A stretch of 64,000 nt of DNA. Source: an uncultured virus (IMG/VR IMGVR_UViG_2061766007_000786) (lineage: Duplodnaviria > Heunggongvirae > Uroviricota > Caudoviricetes). Positions 58,401 to 64,000 of the stretch are shown here, in pieces. The notes under the pieces are model-generated. The model was not told the DNA's origin, did not search any database, and was given only the letters and a program-made list of their open reading frames with translations. A program made the position numbers and the translations under genes. The stretch is taken from the IMG/VR virus record IMGVR_UViG_2061766007_000786; one strand, written 5' to 3'. Each line of letters starts with the position of its first letter. Positions within the stretch are counted from its first letter, which is position 1.

Positions 58401-59103
58401 TTCAGCAAAATTCGTGATATAGTTAATAAATATTATTACCTGAAGCAGTTTAAAATACAAATCCATAATTGTACGAGCGAAAATGACGACTACAAATACG
58501 TTAGCACTGAGGTATGTTTAACGCCGTATCAGTTGCAAGATTATTTAAACTGCGTAAATGAATACCATGAGCGTTCAGATGACAAAGAAGCTATAAAGCT
58601 ATATAATGACTACGTATATCGTGAATTCGCCGCCAGTTCTCATATTACCGCGGACAAGCCTGTTAAGAATTGTAAGATTTTTGATACTTGGTATAAAAAT
58701 GTATATCTACCGAAGCAGCAAGCTGACCTAAGGGCACAAGAATGTGCGGAGACAATTGAACGTATCAAGACATACAGGGAGACGCATAATGATTAGCGCT
58801 GAGGAATTAAGACTTGGACAAAAAAATGCCGCTGAAGAGTGGTCAAAGCAGGCAATGGACCATTGCGAAATCATCGGCAAGGATCTTGAAAAGCATATAA
58901 AGAATATCAATTCTCATAAGTCATTTGATTATATCATCTGTCGCGGAAAGATTAAGCGCAAGGATGAACACGGAAACCTTACTGATTTCTTTGACCTCGA
59001 TATGGCCATATATGTAACGAATATCCTTAAGCAAAACGGTTATACCGTCAATTGCGTATATGAAAAGACAAACTATAACGGTAAATATACGATTTGCTGG
59101 TAA
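55436..59103 (+). other. Hypothetical ORFs (55436, 56221, 56781, 57048, 57436, 58089, 58789)
   Basis: ORF track; hairpin-promoter TTGACA-N17-TATATT at 56995-57023. Confidence 0.75.
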
Positions 59104-59107
59104 TTAA

Positions 59108-59134
59108 AATAGGATAGTCAATTACTATCCTATT
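59108..59134. terminator. Hairpin between convergent genes
   Basis: AATAGGATAGT CAATT ACTATCCTATT. Confidence 0.7.
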
Positions 59135-59139
59135 ATTAA

Positions 59140-59709
59140 CTATTTTAATGAATCAAATATCGGTCTGTTATTTTTTTCATACATCAGTATGACTTTAGTC
59201 TTTGGCGTTCCGCAGATTACCGGAATGTAACATATTGTAAACTGCTTGTATTGTTCATCGGTCATTGAATCTATGCCAATGTAAAAAACTAAGTCATATG
59301 GCCCGCAGAAAATACAATTATCGAGCATCATATCACTCGCTATACATGTGCCGTTACTAAGAACAATATAGTTTTTGCCTTCTGCGGTAATCGATATGAA
59401 ATTGTCTTTCATTTCATTGAGGCGCTTTACGATATAATGAACATATGAACTGATACTGGTAAACATTGTTTCTGTACCTTGTTTCGTCGGCATACCGACT
59501 ATGACATGTTTGTTTTCATTGGTTATCGCATACCATACGGCATACAACTTGCCATTATCGTAATCCATATAGTTATCTGTAATCTGGACACAAGTATGTT
59601 TTTTATTCTTGTAACTATCAAGATGTTCTTTTTCTTTTTCTGAAAGTATCATGCCAAAGAATTCGGCAATCATATTTTCAGGATCGTTCAATACATCTGC
59701 TATTGTCAT
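59140..59709 (-). CDS. Hypothetical protein
   Basis: Long open ORF with AGGAG RBS. Confidence 0.65.
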   Translation of the reverse strand: MTIADVLNDPENMIAEFFGMILSEKEKEHLDSYKNKKHTCVQITDNYMDYDNGKLYAVWYAITNENKHVIVGMPTKQGTETMFTSISSYVHYIVKRLNEMKDNFISITAEGKNYIVLSNGTCIASDMMLDNCIFCGPYDLVFYIGIDSMTDEQYKQFTICYIPVICGTPKTKVILMYEKNNRPIFDSLK

Positions 59710-59763
59710 ATTCACTCCTATTATACATTGACAAAGTTAAATATTTTTACTATATTTATATTA

Positions 59764-60378
59764 ATGAACAGAGAACATATAAATACAATCATACAGTCGT
59801 TCAAGGATTATATTCCGTGCACTGATGGAAATATAACTTGTTTTCATGCGCCATATGACTGCAGAGTAAACTTTTGCAGTAAAGAAAATTTAGTAAAGGC
59901 ATACACTAATTTTTTCAACATTTTTCCTTCACCGTTAAATGCATCATATTATTCTCTTCAAACCAACGGTTTTATAATTAAAAACGTTATCGAACCAGGA
60001 AATGAAACGCTTAAGAAAGACGATTTAATCTGTATCACTTACGAGCCGTTCGACAGGAAAATTAAAAGAGATATTGACGACTACTTTAAGCTGGGCACTC
60101 AAATACATGACTACGAAGTTGATATTGAACAGGTAGAAACCGAATTTGATTCAGAATCGATGGGTAGTTATCATACTAGCAAGTTTTATTATGCACTTAG
60201 AACAATGTTCGAAGATTTGTATAAAAATGAAGAAGAGGAACGTCAAAAGAAGTTGACGGCACAGATAGACAAAATAAATGAAAAAATCAAAAATACAGAA
60301 CGTTTAAGAGCCACGATACTAGAACACTTGAGAAAATATCGCAATAATAAAATTATAGAATTAAAGGAATATTTATGA
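59764..60378 (+). CDS. Hypothetical protein
   Basis: ATG just after promoter TTGACA-N17-TATATT (59728-59756). Confidence 0.7.
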   Translation: MNREHINTIIQSFKDYIPCTDGNITCFHAPYDCRVNFCSKENLVKAYTNFFNIFPSPLNASYYSLQTNGFIIKNVIEPGNETLKKDDLICITYEPFDRKIKRDIDDYFKLGTQIHDYEVDIEQVETEFDSESMGSYHTSKFYYALRTMFEDLYKNEEEERQKKLTAQIDKINEKIKNTERLRATILEHLRKYRNNKIIELKEYL

Positions 60379-60624
60379 TCGACCCAAGTGTATGGCTAGG
60401 CATTAAAATTTTCTTTTGTGTCGTATCTCCTGCATTTTTCATAATGTCATTTTTTATCGTATTGAATTTAATAGATGAAGGGGTTTTTTCTAATATAGCG
60501 GATTGGCTAGAAGACACAGTTGACCGAATTTTTGATTTTTTTATGAATTTAGCCAGCCGCAAGAAAAAATTAAAAATAAAAAAACGATCTAAAGTTCGGT
60601 CATTAACAGAGGAATTTTTAAATT

Positions 60625-61092
60625 ATGAAAAATATCAGAGAAGATGTATTTGAGACGAATTCGTCTTCAGTTCATTCATTGGTAATTGTTTCCAAGGACG
60701 AATTTGATGCGCTTAAGAACTGCGAGTTACTTCTTGATTATGAAACGCTTATTCCAGTGGAAAAGGCGTATCAGGAAACTATGGAAGAACTTGCAAAATT
60801 TGAAGACAGCATGAGTGAAGCATACAAGGCATCCTACAAGACTACTCTCACTCTTGAAGCCTTCAAGGAACAACTCAAGAAATTCGATTGTTATGATTTG
60901 ACTTACGGACAAAGAGAAGACGCAGCATCTGAAACAATCGAGAACAATCGACAAGCAATTGTTGCCGCATTGCCTAACGATTATAATACATATGAATCAT
61001 TTGGCGGCGACATGTACGAAACATTCTGGGAGTCCTATACTACCAAGTCCGGCGATGAAATTGTCGCATTTGGTTATTATGGACATGACTAA
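60625..61092 (+). CDS. FETNSSS-motif phage protein
   Basis: MKNIREDVFETNSSSVHSLVI. Confidence 0.7.
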   Translation: MKNIREDVFETNSSSVHSLVIVSKDEFDALKNCELLLDYETLIPVEKAYQETMEELAKFEDSMSEAYKASYKTTLTLEAFKEQLKKFDCYDLTYGQREDAASETIENNRQAIVAALPNDYNTYESFGGDMYETFWESYTTKSGDEIVAFGYYGHD

Positions 61093-61113
61093 TAAACTGG
61101 AGTAAATCTAATA

Positions 61114-61866
61114 ATGCTTAAAAGAACCAGACAGACATTTATCGTATCTGATTTGCATTTTGAACATGCTAATATCATCAGATATTGTAACAGGCCGTAC
61201 CATACGGAACCGCCTAACAAGAACCCGATTAACAAGCCGGCAATAGCAGCGATGAATGCGGATATCCTTAACATGTTCGATACTCTGCCAGATGATTGCG
61301 ATATTTGGAATCTCGGCGATGTGTTCTATCTCGGTTCACATAAGCCTGCTGATAAACTTGATCCGGCCGATATCGAACATATGAAGGAAATTGTCGCCAG
61401 GATGAAGAAAGGAAATAGAAAACTTTTCCTTATCCTCGGCAATCATGACGATATTCATTACAAGAACGGCACGAAAATCGATTTCTACCGTATGCTTGGT
61501 TTCGACCGAGTATACGATACGCCGATTATTGTTGACGACAAATACATTCTTTCACATGAACCGCTTTATATCGCACCGGGTTCCAATTTTATCAATCTTT
61601 ACGGGCATACTCACGATATGCCTATCAAGGAAGATTATTTTACGTTCGACTATGAAAATTATGCCATGGAATGCAGGGTTTACGACCAACACGGTCAAGA
61701 ACGACCGCCTATCGTCGCCCGATATCCGGATCGTATGGTCGACTTGAAAAATTATAAAAATATGTGCCTCGACTATAATAATGGCGTTCTCGAATGGACA
61801 GGCGATTATTTTAAGACTGGCGCAATTTGTTGGAGAAAATCAGAAAATGAAAACAACAAGACTTAA
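61114..61866 (+). CDS. Calcineurin-like metallophosphoesterase
   Basis: SDLHFEH, LGDV, GNHD, SHEP, GHTH. Confidence 0.9.
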   Translation: MLKRTRQTFIVSDLHFEHANIIRYCNRPYHTEPPNKNPINKPAIAAMNADILNMFDTLPDDCDIWNLGDVFYLGSHKPADKLDPADIEHMKEIVARMKKGNRKLFLILGNHDDIHYKNGTKIDFYRMLGFDRVYDTPIIVDDKYILSHEPLYIAPGSNFINLYGHTHDMPIKEDYFTFDYENYAMECRVYDQHGQERPPIVARYPDRMVDLKNYKNMCLDYNNGVLEWTGDYFKTGAICWRKSENENNKT

Positions 61867-62299
61867 TACATTCGAAACGAATTCTTCATCATGTCATGTG
61901 CTCACAGTCGCCGGTCAAGATGAATATGATTTGGTCAAAAATGGCCAGGCCGTTATTTTTGTGCCGCATTATTCTAGCGACAGCGATCAAGTATACGGTT
62001 CTGAAATCCTTACGAAGGATAAATATCTTAGCCTTGTCGAAAAGTCGCTTGGTGACAAATACGAAACATATCTTCCGTGCATTGAATCGCTTTGGGAAAA
62101 TGTCATCCTTGGCAATAAGTGTTACGAGGATGTTTTGGACGATTTCAATATCGGCTATAGTGAAATGCCATATGGTATTGAAGATATCGTACATTATTGC
62201 AAGCATGAAGAATCTGCAATCAGCATTCTCGACGGCGCAATTAAGAAAGAAGCAAATGGCGCTGCAGTCTATGTAGCATGCTGGGAAAAACTCTGCTAG
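61847..62299 (+). CDS. FETNSSS-motif phage protein
   Basis: MKTTRLNTFETNSSSCHVLTV. Confidence 0.7.
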   Translation: MKTTRLNTFETNSSSCHVLTVAGQDEYDLVKNGQAVIFVPHYSSDSDQVYGSEILTKDKYLSLVEKSLGDKYETYLPCIESLWENVILGNKCYEDVLDDFNIGYSEMPYGIEDIVHYCKHEESAISILDGAIKKEANGAAVYVACWEKLC

Positions 62300-62400
62300 G
62301 TGAACTAACTCCGGCTTAAAAGCCGGAATCTTTCTGCTCAAGAGAACTAATGTTCTCAGTATCAACAGGCTCTACGGGCAGTTCCTGCCCTGATTTAAAT
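62280..62400 (-). ncRNA. Predicted omega-RNA (reRNA) 3' part plus flanking guide
   Basis: Hairpins GGGCAG-GAA-CTGCCC, GAGAAC-ATTA-GTTCTC and the right-end stem overlapping the tnpB 3' end; guide inferred as CTAGCAGAGTTTTTCCCAGC; 5' boundary uncertain. Confidence 0.6.
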
Positions 62401-63515
62401 ATTTTTAAACCTTCATCTAATATGTTTAAAGCTGCATTTTTATCTCTATCAAGCAATGTATGACAGTTTGGACATTCCCATTCTCTATCAGCTAAGGTTA
62501 AAGTAGTATTTTTATATCCACAACAATTACATAGTTTACTTGAAGGATAGAATGAACCTATTTTGATATAAGTTCTACCATACCATTTAGCCTTATAATC
62601 AATCATATTACAAAAACTACTAAATGAAGCATCTTGAATAGATTTAGCTAATTTATGGTTCTTAATCATATTAGATGGTTTTAAGTCTTCAGAAACAATA
62701 ACTTGATTTTCGTTTATTATTTGAGAAGATACTTTGTGTTGAAAATCTTTCCTTTGGTTTTTAATCTTTTCATGTACTAAAGCTACTTTAAGTTTCTGTT
62801 TTATATAATTATTTGAACCTTTAGTACAATTACTTAATTTTCTTTGTTCTTTTGCTAATTTATCTTGTGATTTTCTAAAATATTTAGGGTTATCAATAAC
62901 AATACCATCAGAGTCAATAAGAAAATCTTTTAATCCTAAATCAAAACCAATGCTATAATCATTTTGTTTAAGTTTTTTAGGTTCTTGACATTCACAACAG
63001 ATAGAACAATAATATTTGTTAGTTTTAGATTTCTTAATAGTTATATTACAAACTTTAGTAATATTATACTTAGAAAAATCATATCCTGCCCTATAAGTTA
63101 TTTTACCAATTTTAGGAATACTTATTTTTCTTGTATCTTGATTGCATAATAGTTCTATTTTGTCTTTCATCATACAATCACGATAAGATTGTTTATCATG
63201 TTTCTTTTTGAATTTAGGAGCATTAGATTTTTGTTTAGTTTTATGTGATAAAGAATTAAACCAGTTCTTATAAGCACTATTTAAATCATTTAAAGTTTGA
63301 CATATAGCTTGTGAACCTATTTCTTTTAACCAAGGATTTTCGGATTTTATATGTTTAACAATTTCATCAGTAGTAATTTTTATTTGTTCTGAATAAGCTT
63401 TTTGTTTTTGAAATAGAGTACAGTTATACATAAATCTACAAGCGCCAAAAGTTTGGTTTAACTTTTGTTCTTGTAGTTTAGTAGGATATAACCTTATTTC
63501 AAATGATCTATTCAT
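62316..63515 (-). CDS. tnpB: RNA-guided endonuclease TnpB
   Basis: IRLYPT...FGACRFMYN; RuvC GFDLGLKD, VSEDL, DRDKNAALNI; zinc finger CNCC..CPNC. Confidence 0.95.
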   Translation of the reverse strand: MNRSFEIRLYPTKLQEQKLNQTFGACRFMYNCTLFQKQKAYSEQIKITTDEIVKHIKSENPWLKEIGSQAICQTLNDLNSAYKNWFNSLSHKTKQKSNAPKFKKKHDKQSYRDCMMKDKIELLCNQDTRKISIPKIGKITYRAGYDFSKYNITKVCNITIKKSKTNKYYCSICCECQEPKKLKQNDYSIGFDLGLKDFLIDSDGIVIDNPKYFRKSQDKLAKEQRKLSNCTKGSNNYIKQKLKVALVHEKIKNQRKDFQHKVSSQIINENQVIVSEDLKPSNMIKNHKLAKSIQDASFSSFCNMIDYKAKWYGRTYIKIGSFYPSSKLCNCCGYKNTTLTLADREWECPNCHTLLDRDKNAALNILDEGLKIFKSGQELPVEPVDTENISSLEQKDSGF

Positions 63516-63524
63516 AAAAGAAAA

Positions 63525-63616
63525 ATCCTATTAAGTGGGTCGAGCACTAATAGGATATAGCTATTTCTAGCATTTAAAATTTAACCTATTATTAGAATCT
63601 CGACCTTTCTAATAAT
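63525..63616 (-). ncRNA. Structured 5' leader of tnpB with complementary hairpin loops
   Basis: Two perfect stems (10 bp; 9+3 bp) with loops GGTCGAG and CTCGACC; central GCTA-GAAA-TAGC. Confidence 0.65.
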
Positions 63617-63772
63617 CTATATATTATATATAATATTTATTTTTAAAATTTTGTAAAATAGGTTTACAAAATAAAAATATTTTATTATATTTTATATAAA
63701 AAGGAGTTAAAGCGAACATTCATAAGCCAGCCTAAAGGCATGGCATCTTTCTGTTCGCTAATACTGTAAATA

Positions 63773-64000
63773 ATGAGCGGTTTCGTTCCACATTTTATAG
63801 CCGGAGTGGCCGCAGGTACTGTATCTACTGGAATTCTGGGTATTCATCAATACCCGGAATTTTCTTTATTGACTGCACTGCCGTTTGTTACAGGTATCGG
63901 CGGTGCGCTGACGCCCGACATGGATATCAAGTCCACTTCCAGTGCAGTCATGTATCTTTTCTATCTAGGCGTCGCATGCTATCTGTTCTTTAACGGATGG
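63773..64000 (+). CDS. Membrane-bound metal-dependent hydrolase-like (YdjM-type), truncated by window end
   Basis: MSGFVPHFIAG...GALTPDMDIKS; hydrophobic segments. Confidence 0.65.
   Translation, partial: MSGFVPHFIAGVAAGTVSTGILGIHQYPEFSLLTALPFVTGIGGALTPDMDIKSTSSAVMYLFYLGVACYLFFNGW

Larger units (their letters stand above)
62300..63765 (-). mobile_element. Non-autonomous IS200/IS605-family (IS1341-like) element, tnpB only
   Basis: Right-end hairpin CCGGCT-TTTA-AGCCGG ending GTTCAC; left-end hairpin GCCATGCC-TTTA-GGCTGGC preceded by AAAG; TTAC outside the left end; more AT-rich than flanks. Confidence 0.8.
1..64000. other. Large (jumbo-type) bacteriophage genome segment, accessory/early region
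   Basis: Dense, mostly co-oriented short ORFs without recognisable function; recurring phage small-protein motifs; sigma70-like plus T4-type late promoters; isolated metabolic genes outside operon context. Confidence 0.9.

Noticed and set aside
48030..59763. TTG starts at 48030 and 59728 in the ORF track
   Set aside because: These TTGs are the -35 boxes; likely starts are ATG 48066 and 59764
3024..62365. Many - strand ORFs opposite + strand genes (e.g. 3024, 31588, 38417, 42517, 56316, 61889)
   Set aside because: Antisense shadows with F/S/I-rich composition and no RBS or promoter
63560..63571. GCTAGAAATAGC (- strand) matches the engineered SpCas9 sgRNA tetraloop
   Set aside because: Only 12 nt, a generic GNRA hairpin; no tracrRNA or cas context
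63766..63773. TTAT as the TnpB target motif
   Set aside because: TTAC fits better: it places AAAG at +16..+19 and restores the downstream RBS in the empty site
1..64000. Stop-codon reassignment as in some gut jumbo phages
   Set aside because: Recognisable genes are intact in code 11, and TAG/TGA end ORFs right before the next start
1..64000. CRISPR array or diversity-generating retroelement
   Set aside because: No regularly spaced repeats and no reverse transcriptase seen; differences between duplicated blocks are not adenine-specific

Overview
A gapped, AT-rich segment of a large lytic (jumbo-type) phage genome. It is mostly short, tightly packed + strand hypothetical ORFs under sigma70-like promoters (TTGAC/TTTAC-N17-TATATT). 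No capsid, tail or replication genes are recognisable. The scaffold appears to concatenate haplotypes: many near-identical blocks recur on either side of 10-N gaps. Recognisable genes: aroQ, gmk, DUF1653, an R2K/DUF4343 ATP-grasp, two metallophosphoesterases, S4-like proteins with a large insertion, two glycosylation cassettes sharing the same flanks, a candidate HEPN protein, and a non-autonomous IS200/IS605-family tnpB element. The most striking signal is a set of otherwise unrelated proteins sharing an exact 18-residue N-terminal leader (M-x-L/I-x-E-A-x3-L-x4-Y/F-L/I-x-E). They sit in islands behind T4-type late promoters (TATAAATA), and several carry ADP-ribosyltransferase-like motifs. I infer a capsid-targeting, protease-cleaved tag for a diverse set of injected proteins. 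Also notable are a tRNA-like RNA with an expanded anticodon arm and a kissing-loop RNA directly upstream of tnpB. All family calls come from reading motifs by eye; no searches were run.
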